Positions 41,707 to 52,646 are shown, counted from the first letter of the stretch. The stretch: DNA of 64,000 nucleotides from Parcubacteria group bacterium (GCA_041659505.1 JBAZYF010000001.1:101475-165474); one strand, 5' to 3'. Made by a program: numbers and translations. Notes: generated by a model from the sequence alone, not told the origin.

Positions 41707-43314
41707 TTGCTTTTCATTTCTTCTCTCGGCTATTGGGGGATTTCTTTCTATTATTCGCACACCCAAGCATTGCCAAATTATGGCGGTGAATACATCGAGG
41801 GTAGCGTCGGTCAACCGCAACATATCAATCCTTTGCTCAGCGCGTCCAATGATGTTGATGCTGATCTGTCTAAGATTATCTATAACGGCCTTCTGAAATA
41901 TGACGACAAAGGAGCACTTATCCCTGACTTAGCAGAGCGCTACGAAATCAGCGAAGATAAGACCGTCTATACTTTTTATCTGAAAAAAAATGTCACTTGG
42001 CATGATGGCGTGTCCTTTTCTGCCCGGGATGTAATTTTTACTTTCAACCTGATTAGTGACCCGGCCTACAAAAGCCCTCTACGCTCCAATTGGCAAGGCG
42101 TCACAGCCAATCTTGTCGATGATTCCACTGTCACTTTTACCACCAGCCCATATGCCGGGTTTCTCAGCAATGCTACTTTTGGCATTCTCCCTCAGCATCT
42201 ATGGGACAGTGTAAAACCAGAAAATTTTTCTTTGGCCCAATTTAATCTGGAACCGATCGGCACCGGACCGTTCAAATATAGCGGTTCATACCAAAAAGAT
42301 TCCAAAGGCAACATCCTTTCCTACAAACTAGTCGCCAATCCAAACTATTTCGACGGGAAACCTTATCTTTCCAAAATCACTTTTAATTACTACACGGACG
42401 AAGATTCCGCGCTAGACGCCTATAACCGCAAAGAGATTATGGGGATGAGCAGCATCTCTTCTCAGAAAATAGCTGCGATAAAGAATAAAAACAGTTCATT
42501 GGAACATATTTTTTCCATTCCGCGCTATTCGGCAGTTTTCCTCAATCAAAGCAAAAGCCTGCCCTTGGCTGACGATAAGGTCAGAGAAGCCCTGAACTAT
42601 GCCACCGACCGGAAGGAAATCATCCAACTCGTACTTGATGGAAAAGGCACGCCCGTCTACTCCCCGATTCTCCCGGGAATGCTTGGCTATTCTGCCGATC
42701 TAGGAAAAGTAGATTATGATCAGGAAAAAGCCAAAAAAATTCTGGATGATGCCGGCTGGAAAGTATCCGATGATAAATTCCGCAAAAAAAATGATACGCT
42801 GTTGGAAATAAATCTTATCACTACTGATTGGGATGAATTTACTGAAAGCGCAGAAATTCTCAAGACTCAGTGGGAAAAAATCGGAGCCAAGGTTGCCATA
42901 GAAAGTCTCTCTGTTTCGGATATCCAACAAAATTTTATCCGGCCAAGAGAATATGAAGCTTTGCTTTTCGGCCAAGTGATGGGTGCCGACCCCGACCTCT
43001 ATTCTTTCTGGCACTCGGCCCAGAAAAAAGATCCCGGTCTCAATCTCGCAATGTTCGGCGATAGTGAAACAGATAAATTGATCGAGAATGCTCGCATCGA
43101 ATTTGATCCCGCCAAGCGCGCCGAGCTTTATACGCAATTCCAAGAGAAATTAGTGGCTGAAATACCCGCTATCTTTCTTTGCAGCCCGGAATATATCTAC
43201 CCAGTCAACAAAAAAGTCCAAGGCATCGACATCCAAAATCTCATCTCCCCCGCCAAACGCTTTTCCAATATTGACAAGTGGTTCATCAGCACCAAACGGG
43301 TTTGGAAGAAATAA
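41707..43314 (+). CDS. ABC peptide transporter substrate-binding protein (family 5); true start probably upstream
   Basis: PDLAE, WHDG..FSARDVIFT, PIGTGPF. The frame is open back to 41593. Confidence 0.88.
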   Translation: MLFISSLGYWGISFYYSHTQALPNYGGEYIEGSVGQPQHINPLLSASNDVDADLSKIIYNGLLKYDDKGALIPDLAERYEISEDKTVYTFYLKKNVTWHDGVSFSARDVIFTFNLISDPAYKSPLRSNWQGVTANLVDDSTVTFTTSPYAGFLSNATFGILPQHLWDSVKPENFSLAQFNLEPIGTGPFKYSGSYQKDSKGNILSYKLVANPNYFDGKPYLSKITFNYYTDEDSALDAYNRKEIMGMSSISSQKIAAIKNKNSSLEHIFSIPRYSAVFLNQSKSLPLADDKVREALNYATDRKEIIQLVLDGKGTPVYSPILPGMLGYSADLGKVDYDQEKAKKILDDAGWKVSDDKFRKKNDTLLEINLITTDWDEFTESAEILKTQWEKIGAKVAIESLSVSDIQQNFIRPREYEALLFGQVMGADPDLYSFWHSAQKKDPGLNLAMFGDSETDKLIENARIEFDPAKRAELYTQFQEKLVAEIPAIFLCSPEYIYPVNKKVQGIDIQNLISPAKRFSNIDKWFISTKRVWKK

Positions 43315-43397
43315 CTTTTTTCTGTTTTTTCACTTTTCATAAGATAACTGTTCCGATAAAAAATCTGGTAATAAGTAATTTTTTTAAAATAATCCTT

Positions 43398-44423
43398 ATG
43401 CCAAAAACAAACAAGATCGACAAAGAAAATCTGCGTCAAGTCATCATCGACTCTCCCAAGCAGTTTGCCGAAGGATTCCGGTTAGCAAAAAACATCAAAC
43501 TAAAAAAACAGAAATTCACCGCCGTCTGCGTTTCCGGTATGGGAGGCTCATCACTGCCGGCTGATCTGCTACGAACTTACGTTGATCATCTTTTTGAAAC
43601 CAACTCAAAGGATAATGCGCCCTTGGAAATAATCCAAAATAAATCCTACGCCCTTCCCAAAAGGACACTCAAAAATTGCTTACACATCTTCGCATCTTAT
43701 TCCGGCAATACAGAAGAGACGCTTTCTGCTCTCGACGAAGCGATAAAATTGAAACTTCCTTCTGTCGGGCTGATGCACGGCGGAAAATTGCAAGAACTTT
43801 GCACGAAAAACAACATCCCATATGTCATCCTACCAGCCGTCAGTCAACCGCGCTATGCCAGTGGCTATTTTTTCGCTACCAGCCTGCAGATTCTTAATAA
43901 TCTCAACCTTATTGAAGATAAATCAAAAGAAATCGATCGTCTGGCTAAAAAACTGGAGGAGATGGTTACAACACTCGAAGCACCAGGGAAAATTTTGGCC
44001 AAGAAATTAAATGGAAAAACGCCGATTATCCACACGACAGACAAATATCGATCGGTTGCTCTTATCTGGAAAATTAAAATTAACGAAAATGCCAAGACGC
44101 CTTGTTTTTGGAATTTTTATCCAGAACTCAATCATAATGAAATGGTCGGCTACACTTTGCCCCAAGGAAAATTTCACATCGTAACGCTCCTTGACCCGAC
44201 TGATAATCCCAGAATTATAAAGCGGATGAAAATCACCGCCCCCCTGCTCAAAACTAAAGGAATCGAAACGACTTTTTTTGAAATGCCCGGTACTGAATTA
44301 TTCACCAAAATTTTTAGCACGCTACTTTTTGGCGATTGGGTTTCCTATTACCTCGCCCTTGCCTACGGCCAAGACCCAACGCCAGTTGATATGGTGGAAG
44401 ATTTGAAAAAAGCCCTAGCTTAG
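43398..44423 (+). CDS. Bifunctional phosphoglucose/phosphomannose isomerase
   Basis: GMGGS, SYSGNTEET, QPR, NENAK, PELNHNE. Confidence 0.92.
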   Translation: MPKTNKIDKENLRQVIIDSPKQFAEGFRLAKNIKLKKQKFTAVCVSGMGGSSLPADLLRTYVDHLFETNSKDNAPLEIIQNKSYALPKRTLKNCLHIFASYSGNTEETLSALDEAIKLKLPSVGLMHGGKLQELCTKNNIPYVILPAVSQPRYASGYFFATSLQILNNLNLIEDKSKEIDRLAKKLEEMVTTLEAPGKILAKKLNGKTPIIHTTDKYRSVALIWKIKINENAKTPCFWNFYPELNHNEMVGYTLPQGKFHIVTLLDPTDNPRIIKRMKITAPLLKTKGIETTFFEMPGTELFTKIFSTLLFGDWVSYYLALAYGQDPTPVDMVEDLKKALA

Positions 44424-44428
44424 AAAAC

Positions 44429-44462
44429 AAAAAACCGCGCTTTTCAAAAGTGCGGTTTTTTT
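44429..44462 (+). terminator. Intrinsic terminator
   Basis: aaaaaaccgcgctttt-c-aaaagtgcggttttttt. Confidence 0.8.
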
Positions 44463-44508
44463 ATGGAACGTGGTATAATTGAAGCACTTAATTTTTAACT
44501 ACAAAACT

Positions 44509-45846
44509 ATGGAACCAAAAATTTTCAAAGCCTATGATATTCGCGGACTTTATCCGGCAGAAATCAACAAAGACGTCGCTTATACTATCGGCCGGGCACT
44601 CGTTACGCATACCAGTGCCAAAAAAGTGATCGTTGGATTTGATATGCGCGAATCTTCTCCGGAATTAGAAGCGGGTTTAATTTCCGGCATTACTGACCAA
44701 GGTGCTGACATTATCAGAATTGGAATCTCCACCACCCCGATGCTCTATTTTGCCTCCTGGCAAATTGAGGCAGATGTGGCAGTGATAATCACCGCTTCGC
44801 ACAATCCGGCCGAATGGAATGGGATGAAATTTTGCCTCAAAGGCGCTGTACCAATCGGTGAAGGCAGTGGGATGGAAGAGGTGCGAGACCTGGCCATTGC
44901 TGGAAATTTTCCAGAAAATACCACAAAGGGCGTGGTGACAGAAGAACTGGATTTTCACCAGAAATATCTCAGCTATATGGAACAGTTTTTTGTCACAGGT
45001 AAACCAAAGAAAAAATTAGTGATTGATTTTGCCAACGGAATGGGCATTTTGGATAAAGAAGTTTTTGAAAAATTTCCGACTGAAATTGAGGCGATTTATA
45101 TGTACGATACGCTCGACGGAAACTTCCCTAACCACGAAGCCAACCCGTTGAAAACGGAAACGCTCGCCGCGCTTCAGGAAAAAGTCGTGGCAGAAAAAGC
45201 CGATCTCGGCATCGCTTATGATGGTGATGCGGACCGCGTCGGTTTTGTTACAGAAACCGGAGAGGTTGTTTCCATGGATTACCTCATCGCCCTTTTGGCC
45301 AAGGAAGTACTCAAAAAAGATCCGGGAAGCCTCATCCTAATGGATCTGCGTAGTTCTAATGCGGTACGAGAAGTGATTGAAGAAGCGGGCGGGAAAGTGA
45401 ATCGTTGTCGCGTCGGACATTCACTGATCAAAAAACAGATGCGCGAGCAAGGGGCAGTTTTTGCCGGCGAACTTTCCGGCCACTATTTCTTCGCGGAAAA
45501 TAGTAAAGCAGAAATGACCACATTCGCTGTCATCACACTTTTAAATCTCATGAATGAAACTGGCAAAAAAATGTCTGAATTAATTACTGAATTAAAAAGG
45601 TATTTTCACAGCGGAGAAATTAATTCTGATGTCGCCGACAAAGATGCAGTGATGAGAAACCTCAAAGAAATTTACAAAGCCGGAAAGTTGGATGAGCTAG
45701 ATGGCATCCGCATCGACTTTCCTGAATGGTGGTTTAACGTTCGCGCCTCAAACACCGAACCAAAGTTAAGATTAAATTTGGAAGCGAAGACAAAGGAGTT
45801 GATGGAAGAAAAAAGGGATGAAGTTCTGGGGATTATTAGAGGCTAA
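44509..45846 (+). CDS. manB: Phosphomannomutase/phosphoglucomutase
   Basis: FKAYDIRG, TASHNP, DGDADR, GELSGH, RASNTEP. Confidence 0.93.
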   Translation: MEPKIFKAYDIRGLYPAEINKDVAYTIGRALVTHTSAKKVIVGFDMRESSPELEAGLISGITDQGADIIRIGISTTPMLYFASWQIEADVAVIITASHNPAEWNGMKFCLKGAVPIGEGSGMEEVRDLAIAGNFPENTTKGVVTEELDFHQKYLSYMEQFFVTGKPKKKLVIDFANGMGILDKEVFEKFPTEIEAIYMYDTLDGNFPNHEANPLKTETLAALQEKVVAEKADLGIAYDGDADRVGFVTETGEVVSMDYLIALLAKEVLKKDPGSLILMDLRSSNAVREVIEEAGGKVNRCRVGHSLIKKQMREQGAVFAGELSGHYFFAENSKAEMTTFAVITLLNLMNETGKKMSELITELKRYFHSGEINSDVADKDAVMRNLKEIYKAGKLDELDGIRIDFPEWWFNVRASNTEPKLRLNLEAKTKELMEEKRDEVLGIIRG

Positions 45847-45851
45847 TAATC

Positions 45852-45878
45852 AAAAAAGAGCCTCGAGGCTCTTTTTTT
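45852..45878. terminator. Bidirectional terminator
   Basis: aaaaaagagcc-tcga-ggctcttttttt between convergent genes. Confidence 0.8.
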
Positions 45879-45880
45879 AT

Positions 45881-46051
45881 GTGTCATTCCCGCGAAGGCG
45901 GGAATCCAGGTTCCACTAGCTTTAAACTCTGGAAAATCGAGATGCAAGTCTAACATGCTTTTAGTTTCAGTAAGTCTTGAATTTTAATAATTCGTTTTTT
46001 CCTAGTGTTGAACTTGAGGTGCCTGGATCCCCGCCTTCGCGAGGATGACAC
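45881..46051. mobile_element. REPIN/MITE-like element, copy 1
   Basis: Ends GTGTCATTCCCGCGAAGGCGGGAATCCAG and CTGGATCCCCGCCTTCGCGAGGATGACAC; core similar to copy 2. Confidence 0.8.
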
Positions 46052-46126
46052 TCATTGAAGTGTCTTGCAAAAAAAAGAAACGAGTCATCGGCTCGCTTCT
46101 CATCTTTCTCAGTAAATTAGAACAAT

Positions 46127-47293
46127 TTAAAGGATAAACCCCACTTTTTTCTTCACCTCATCCAACTTCTTCTTCGCCAATGGTCGGACTTTTTTGGCGC
46201 CGTCTTCGAGGATCTTTAGCACTTTTTCGTCAGACAATTCCGCCATCCGTCTTTGGAACGGTTCGAGGAATTTGATAATTACTTCTGCGAGTTCTGTTTT
46301 GAAGTCAGAATACTTTTTACCCACAAAAAGCTCCGCCACTTCTTGGGGTTTTTTATTGTCCAAAAGAGCATAAATATTGATCAAATTTTTGAGCGCCGGT
46401 TTATCGTCAGAATAAATAATTTCACTGCCGCTGTCCGTCACCGCTTTTTTGATTTTTCTCTTCACTGTATCCGCGTCATCGCTAAGTGCGATGTAGTTAT
46501 ATTCCGATTTGGCCGATTTAGACATTTTCTTGGTTGGATCATCAAGACCCATGATATTTTCACTTTCTTTGTTTGTGTACGCCTCTGGCACCACAAATGT
46601 CTCGCCAAATTTATGATTAAATCTTTGTGCTAAAGTCCGCGCTAGTTCGATGTGTTGCTTTTGGTCTTTGCCGACAGGCACCGCCTGGGTATCATAGAGC
46701 AAAATATCAGCCGCCATTAAAACTGGGTAATCAAAAAGACCAACCGAAGATTTATTAAATGTTTCTCTGATAAATTTTTTATATACATCAACGGTTGAAA
46801 GTATGGCTGTTTTATGCAAAAAATTTGCAAGTTCAAGAATCTTATCTGCTTTAACCGCTCTATCGATTACGAACCCATTGTTTTCTAAATTCGTTATTAT
46901 ATCTTCCTTTGATTTTTCCATCATTGCTTCAACAAAAACATCTTCGTCAAAACCAGTCTTATCTTTGAATTGAGTCATTTTATTCAGATCACCATTCTGG
47001 GTAATCGTATTTAAAATCCAACTCAGCTCCGCATGCTCCGAAACGTGCGATTGGATAAAAATTGAACATTTCCCTGGGTCTATCCCCGCTGCCAAATAAA
47101 TCTTGGCGATTTCAATTGTGCGACGACGTAGCGTTTCCGGATCTTGCGGAACCGTGATGGCGTGCATATCCACGACACAAAAAATCGAATCATACTCCTC
47201 TTGTAACTTGACCCAATTCTGGATTGCGCCGAGATAGTTTCCAATGTGAAGATTCCCCGATGGCTGAATGCCAGAAAATATGCGTTTTTTCAT
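46127..47293 (-). CDS. trpS: Tryptophanyl-tRNA synthetase with ~60-aa insertion
   Basis: SGIQPSG.LHIGNY, YPVLMAADILLY, VPVGKDQKQH, KMSKS. Confidence 0.97.
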   Translation of the reverse strand: MKKRIFSGIQPSGNLHIGNYLGAIQNWVKLQEEYDSIFCVVDMHAITVPQDPETLRRRTIEIAKIYLAAGIDPGKCSIFIQSHVSEHAELSWILNTITQNGDLNKMTQFKDKTGFDEDVFVEAMMEKSKEDIITNLENNGFVIDRAVKADKILELANFLHKTAILSTVDVYKKFIRETFNKSSVGLFDYPVLMAADILLYDTQAVPVGKDQKQHIELARTLAQRFNHKFGETFVVPEAYTNKESENIMGLDDPTKKMSKSAKSEYNYIALSDDADTVKRKIKKAVTDSGSEIIYSDDKPALKNLINIYALLDNKKPQEVAELFVGKKYSDFKTELAEVIIKFLEPFQRRMAELSDEKVLKILEDGAKKVRPLAKKKLDEVKKKVGFIL

Positions 47294-47297
47294 AGGA

Positions 47298-48137
47298 TTA
47301 TTTACCGCTTAGTTTTTTAGTATCTTTATTTTTCAAAAAATTATTCTTCGAAACAATCGGCCGTTTCAATTTCCTTTCAATTTGCTTTCTGGCCGTTCCA
47401 GCAATTTGTCCACCGACTCGCGCGTCATCTTTCAGTCTCGGCAAGCCCTGGGAATCTTTTGTGCGATGAATTTCCGTCGTTGTTCTTTCTCCGAGCATCG
47501 TGAGTATGAGCTCGAAATCATCCATGTGATCACGCAGATTTTCCCACTTCAACCCTTTCACCTTTTTATATTCCGCTGGCGTTATACCAAAAGTAGCCTT
47601 GGAAATTTCTGCAGTCAAAATTTCATAATCCCGCTGCTCTTTTGCTCCACGTTTTTGCCATTCATCGGTTAGTTCTTCGCGAACAGCAATACCGCGCATC
47701 CGTTTTTCAATCCAATCTTCGGGATAGCCTTTGAGCTTATAGAGCAGTTTCGTTCTTTTAGTCGCCAGTTCAGGATTTTCAATTTCTTGTATTCGCTCAT
47801 AGCCCACTTTCGCCAACCAACGTTTTAGTGGCTCAGCTTTGGGCGAAGGAATTGATTGAACAATACGAAACATTCCCTCAGTATTGGCGCAATCAGTTTC
47901 ATATTTTTTCCCATCTGTCGCCTCCAATTTCAGTTGTACCCAAATTGGGGACAACTGAAGATCAATAAACTCGCGCCGTTTTACCTTACCCCAATATTGC
48001 CTTGGGGTGGGGCTATCTGTTAGTACAGCAACCACATCAACAATCGAAAACCACCACTCTTTCTGATGCAGCGTTTTTCGAATTGACTTGCCTCTAAATA
48101 TGGCGATTTGATTATTTTGATTTTCGCTGTCCAACAC
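47298..48137 (-). CDS. BRO-N domain protein
   Basis: WWFSIVDVV..LTDS, QSIPSPKAEPLK.WLA, ENLRDHM. Confidence 0.85.
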   Translation of the reverse strand: MLDSENQNNQIAIFRGKSIRKTLHQKEWWFSIVDVVAVLTDSPTPRQYWGKVKRREFIDLQLSPIWVQLKLEATDGKKYETDCANTEGMFRIVQSIPSPKAEPLKRWLAKVGYERIQEIENPELATKRTKLLYKLKGYPEDWIEKRMRGIAVREELTDEWQKRGAKEQRDYEILTAEISKATFGITPAEYKKVKGLKWENLRDHMDDFELILTMLGERTTTEIHRTKDSQGLPRLKDDARVGGQIAGTARKQIERKLKRPIVSKNNFLKNKDTKKLSGK

Positions 48138-48303
48138 AATTTTACAAAAAATTAACTAAATCCATTTTAGCCCATTTTATCGTTTCGGGCAATTCTCGCT
48201 AAAACAAAAGCCCCGCCTAAGCAGAGCTCCTGTATTTTTACTGATTCCCGTTCACTGCTTGCCTACCAAAGCTTTAGCGTGGGCAGGTTTACTGCTCACT
48301 GTT

Positions 48304-50121
48304 TTAAACTTCAATAATCACCGGCAAAACCATTGGGCGTCTTTGCGTCTGTTGGAAGAGATAGAGTCCGACGACTTCGCGGATGTTGTCTTCGATGAAT
48401 TTCTTTTCTGGTGAAGTTTTTTTGGAGGTCGTATCCTTGATCGCTTTTTGCACGCGCCGCTTTGTTTCATTGATCAGGTCAAAGTTATCTTTGACATAGA
48501 TGAATCCGCGAGAAGTGATTTGAATGTTACCGACAATTTCTTTTTTCTTGCTGTCAAGAATGACTGTGATGACAAACATTCCATCAGCGCTGAGCACTTG
48601 ACGGTCACGAATGACCACTTGTCCCACGTCGCCGACACCCAGTCCATCCACCATCACATAGCTCGTGTCAACTTTTTTCGGCAAGACTTTGGCTTTACCT
48701 TTTTGCACTTCCAAAACGTTGCCGTTGTCCAGCACAAAAATATTTTCTTTGCGAAATCCGATCCGCACTGCCAGTTTTTCCGCTTCTTTGAGCATATAGT
48801 GATTAGCATAGACCGGCAAGAAAAAATCTGGGCGCACTTGCCTGAGCATCTCTTGGATATCTTGTGCGCTACAATGACCACTAGTGTGGACATCCATCAC
48901 ATCCGAGTGGATGACATTGTCGCATTTGCGATAAAGATTATCTTTCAAACGTTGGACCGTCCGTTCGTTGCCCGGAATGACCGAGGAAGAAAAGATGACT
49001 GTATCGTTTTTCTTGATTTTGATGAAGCGATGATTGTCCGTGATGATGCGTGAAAGCACAGCATTCCCCTCGCCTTGCGCACCGGTACAGATGATCACTA
49101 CTTTGTTTTCCGGGTATTTGTGCAAGTCGTTGACGGTAATCAGGGTTTCTTTGTGCATCTTGATGTACCCCAGTTCTTTAGCAATCTCCACATTCATTTT
49201 CATGCTATAGCCATCCAGGGCTACTTTCTTGCCGACTTTTTCGGCATATTCCAAAATGTGGCCGATGCGCCTGATCTGGGAAGAAAAGGTACCAATGATA
49301 ATCTTGCCGGTCGCTTCGCGGATCAGTTTTTCCAAGTTATAGTACATTTCCTCTTCGGTCGTACGGGATGGATTGGTAACGATTGCGCCGAGGCTTTCCA
49401 GCATCAAAATTCTAGGGCTGGGCAATTTCGACAAATGATCATAGGTCAAAAGCTTTCCGCCCTCGGGCGTTTTTTCCATCGTCCAGTCGCCGGGATGAAT
49501 CACGGTTCCGTCCGGGGTTTTGAGAATCACGCCGACGGCGTCCATGATGGAATGTTCGATCTCAAAAAATTCGATAGTAAACTTTCCTAAGGATACTTTA
49601 TCCGTGACTGATTTGACGCGGATGGTTTTCAGATTTTGAGCAGAACCTTTTTCAAAGTCTTCCAATTTTTTCTTGACCATAGCGAGCGTCATGTCGCGAC
49701 CGATGATTGGCGGATAGCCCAGTTGGCGCAGAAGGATCGGCGCCGCACCGATATGATCCAAATGGCCATGGCTCAAAACGACACCACGGATATTTTTTTC
49801 TTTACCTTTGAGATAGCTGATATTGGGAATGATGTAATCAATTCCCGGCATATCTTCTTCCGGAAATTGCAGACCCATGTCAAGGATGACGATATCTCCG
49901 CCATATTCAAACACAGTCATGTTGCGCCCAACTTCCTCATTACCGCCCAAGGGAATGATGCGCAAACTCTCCTTAGAACTTCCCGAATTTGTTGTCATCG
50001 GCATCGGGCTGCGATTTGGTTTTGGTTTTAGCCTCGCTAAACCGTCGAGGTTTTTGGGTATCGCAAAACTGTTTGGACGTGCCAAACCAGCTGGCGATAC
50101 ATTGGTTGTTTTCTTAAACAT
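48304..50121 (-). CDS. rnj: Ribonuclease J
   Basis: PLGGNEEVGRNM, HGHLDHIG, HTSGH, RRPMVLPVIIEV. Confidence 0.95.
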   Translation of the reverse strand: MFKKTTNVSPAGLARPNSFAIPKNLDGLARLKPKPNRSPMPMTTNSGSSKESLRIIPLGGNEEVGRNMTVFEYGGDIVILDMGLQFPEEDMPGIDYIIPNISYLKGKEKNIRGVVLSHGHLDHIGAAPILLRQLGYPPIIGRDMTLAMVKKKLEDFEKGSAQNLKTIRVKSVTDKVSLGKFTIEFFEIEHSIMDAVGVILKTPDGTVIHPGDWTMEKTPEGGKLLTYDHLSKLPSPRILMLESLGAIVTNPSRTTEEEMYYNLEKLIREATGKIIIGTFSSQIRRIGHILEYAEKVGKKVALDGYSMKMNVEIAKELGYIKMHKETLITVNDLHKYPENKVVIICTGAQGEGNAVLSRIITDNHRFIKIKKNDTVIFSSSVIPGNERTVQRLKDNLYRKCDNVIHSDVMDVHTSGHCSAQDIQEMLRQVRPDFFLPVYANHYMLKEAEKLAVRIGFRKENIFVLDNGNVLEVQKGKAKVLPKKVDTSYVMVDGLGVGDVGQVVIRDRQVLSADGMFVITVILDSKKKEIVGNIQITSRGFIYVKDNFDLINETKRRVQKAIKDTTSKKTSPEKKFIEDNIREVVGLYLFQQTQRRPMVLPVIIEV

Positions 50122-50467
50122 ACTTTTCGAAAATTAAAGACACCAAAAAAAGTTGGTTGCCCTTAACAAAAGCGACATACGCGCTTTTTTATTTAAAGAA
50201 ATTAGTTAGTATTATCAATCCCAGAGAAACTCCGGGCTTTTTTTCTACAAAAAGCTACGCGAAACAAATAATAAGCTCGTCACGCCGTAGCCCTGGCGGA
50301 GGAGGAGTTAATAATAAAGAAATAGAATAATTGACTAAAACAAAAGGTTTTCTTCCACTGCTGAAATTATATCATACTATTATACACGAATCAACAGAAT
50401 TGTCAAATGGTCTTGTGGAAACCGGTGAAATTAGCTAGACTGAAAATATTATCCATAAAGAAACACT

Positions 50468-51520
50468 ATGTCACTAAAAATCGGGATTGTCGGACTGCCA
50501 AATGTGGGAAAATCAACCCTTTTTAAAGCCTTAACCAGGACACAGGTAGATATCAGCAACTACCCTTTTTGCACGATCGAACCCAATGTGGGAATCGTAA
50601 AAGTGCCAGATGAACGCCTTGATAAGCTGGCTGAAATGTCAAAGTCGGCCAAAATCATTCCAGCCATCATTGAATTTGTCGACATTGCCGGCATCGTGAA
50701 AGGCGCCTCGACTGGGGAAGGCTTGGGTAACAAATTCCTTTCCAATATCCGCGAGGTTGACGCCATCTGCCAAGTCGTTCGAGTATTTGATAATTCTAGC
50801 ATCATTCACGTTAATAATAAAATCGATCCAGAAAGTGACATTGAAACGATCAACACTGAACTAATTTTGGCTGATCTAGAAACTATTGGCAAAGTGAAAA
50901 TTCGCCTTGAAAAAGAAATGCGTGGCAATAAAAAGGGCGCTGCTGAACAACTGGACGTACTGAATAAAATTAGGGAAAATCTTGAAGCAGGAAAAACGGC
51001 CAACTCTACCAGCCTAGATCTTGAAGAAGAAAACACAAAAATCATCGTGCGCGAACTGTCCCTACTCACGATGAAACCGTTTTTATACATTTTCAATGTC
51101 GCTGACGTCGAAACTAAATTATCGGAAAATCTGGAAAAATTACCGCATGTCAAATTGGATATAAAAATCGAAGAAGAATTGATCGAGATGACGAAAGCGG
51201 AAGCCGAGGAACTGAGCGTGCGATCAAATCTAGATGAACTCATCGTACGCGCCTATGAACTTTTGGGGCTCATCACCTTTCTCACTACCGGCAAAGATGA
51301 AACGCGCGCCTGGACAATCAAAAAGGGCTGGACCGCACCGCTGGCCGGCACCGCCATCCACAATGATTTCAAAGATAAATTCATCCGCGCCGAAGTGATC
51401 AACTGGCAAAAACTCCTGGACGCCGAAACCTGGTCAAAAGCCAAAGAACTCGGAACACTCCGCTTGGAAGGCAAGGAATATGTCGTTGCCGATGGGGATG
51501 TGATTGAGTTTAAGATTTAA
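50468..51520 (+). CDS. ychF: Redox-regulated ATPase YchF
   Basis: [27 protein letters not shown] and a TGS-like C-terminus. Confidence 0.97.
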   Translation: MSLKIGIVGLPNVGKSTLFKALTRTQVDISNYPFCTIEPNVGIVKVPDERLDKLAEMSKSAKIIPAIIEFVDIAGIVKGASTGEGLGNKFLSNIREVDAICQVVRVFDNSSIIHVNNKIDPESDIETINTELILADLETIGKVKIRLEKEMRGNKKGAAEQLDVLNKIRENLEAGKTANSTSLDLEEENTKIIVRELSLLTMKPFLYIFNVADVETKLSENLEKLPHVKLDIKIEEELIEMTKAEAEELSVRSNLDELIVRAYELLGLITFLTTGKDETRAWTIKKGWTAPLAGTAIHNDFKDKFIRAEVINWQKLLDAETWSKAKELGTLRLEGKEYVVADGDVIEFKI

Positions 51521-51522
51521 AT

Positions 51523-51670
51523 CCACCTCATCCGGCCTTCGGCCACCTTCTCCTTAGTAAGGAGAAGGGCTCAACGCATAACCTCCTCGATTCCTAAGCT
51601 CAGAGAAATTGATACAACATATCTGCATTTGTCCCCTCTCCTTACTAAGGAGAGGGTTAGGGTGAGGTGA
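51523..51670. repeat. Pair of BoxC-like palindromes
   Basis: cctcatccggccttcggccaccttctccttagtaaggagaaggg and cccctctccttactaaggagagggttagggtgagg. Confidence 0.8.
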
Positions 51671-51699
51671 ATTAATTCGTAATTCTTAGAGAAAACTAT

Positions 51700-52503
51700 A
51701 TGACCATCATCCACGCAATAATTTTCGGCATCATTCAGGGCTTGGGAGAATTTTTGCCCATCTCCTCTTCTGCTCACCTAGTAATCTTTCCTTGGCTGTT
51801 CAATTTTCCAGATCCGGGACTGGCTTTTGATGTCGCGTTGCATTTTGGCACATTAATCGCTGTCGTATTATTTTTCTGGAAAGATTGGCTGAAAATTATT
51901 GCCCTCGCTTTTGGTTTTTCGAAAAAATTAAAATTAACTTCAGTCATAAATTATCCCAAAAATACGTTTTGGCTTTTGGTGATCGCCACAATTCCGGGAG
52001 CGCTTATTGGGTATCTTCTCGAAAAACAAGCGGAAACAATTTTCCGCTCTCCGCTCCTCATCGCCGGTACACTAGTTCTGGCCGGATTAGTTTTGTATTG
52101 GGTTGATAAAATGGGCAAGAAAAATCAGAACTTTGATAAAGTCACTCCCAAAAATGCACTCCTAATCGGGCTTTCCCAAGCCGTCGCGATTATTCCCGGC
52201 ATTTCTCGTTCCGGTGCAACAATTTCAACGGCTCTCGCTTTGGGCCTTGATCGTACGAGCGCCGCGCGTTTTTCATTCCTGATGTCTGCGCCAATTATTT
52301 TTGGCGCGACGATTTTAAAATTTTCCGATCTCATTGCTGATTTCAGTTTTGTCCAATTTATTGCTATCCTCTTTTCCGCCCTCTCCGGTTTTCTCGCTAT
52401 CGCCTGGATGTTAAAATTCATCGAACGCGTAAGCTACAAAATCTTTTTCTGGTACCGTTTGGCTTTTGCGGTGGTTATTGTTTTGATTTTTTTCTGGCGC
52501 TAA
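51700..52503 (+). CDS. uppP: Undecaprenyl-diphosphatase
   Basis: GEFLPISSSAH, PGISRSG, ARFSFL. Confidence 0.95.
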   Translation: MTIIHAIIFGIIQGLGEFLPISSSAHLVIFPWLFNFPDPGLAFDVALHFGTLIAVVLFFWKDWLKIIALAFGFSKKLKLTSVINYPKNTFWLLVIATIPGALIGYLLEKQAETIFRSPLLIAGTLVLAGLVLYWVDKMGKKNQNFDKVTPKNALLIGLSQAVAIIPGISRSGATISTALALGLDRTSAARFSFLMSAPIIFGATILKFSDLIADFSFVQFIAILFSALSGFLAIAWMLKFIERVSYKIFFWYRLAFAVVIVLIFFWR

Positions 52504-52538
52504 ATTTGACTAATCCCCCATTATGCGCTAAACTGTGC

Positions 52539-52643
52539 AAACAACCTAGAAAGCCCCGAAGTTCTCTCGCCTGGCAACTTTTTTTGCCAGGATAAGAGCA
52601 CAAACATTCCGCATCGGGGCAAACTCTGGCGGTTTTTGTTTTT
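52539..52643 (+). ncRNA. Candidate rod-shaped structured RNA or rpsF leader
   Basis: TTGACT-17-TAAACT promoter at 52506-52534; nested stems gccccga/tcggggc and cctggcaa/ttgccagg; ends in a U-rich tract. Confidence 0.4.
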
Positions 52644-52646
52644 AGG

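Noticed and set aside
46751-46957. Intein or intron in trpS
   Set aside because: No C/S...HN splice motifs, too short, and no stops or group I/II features.
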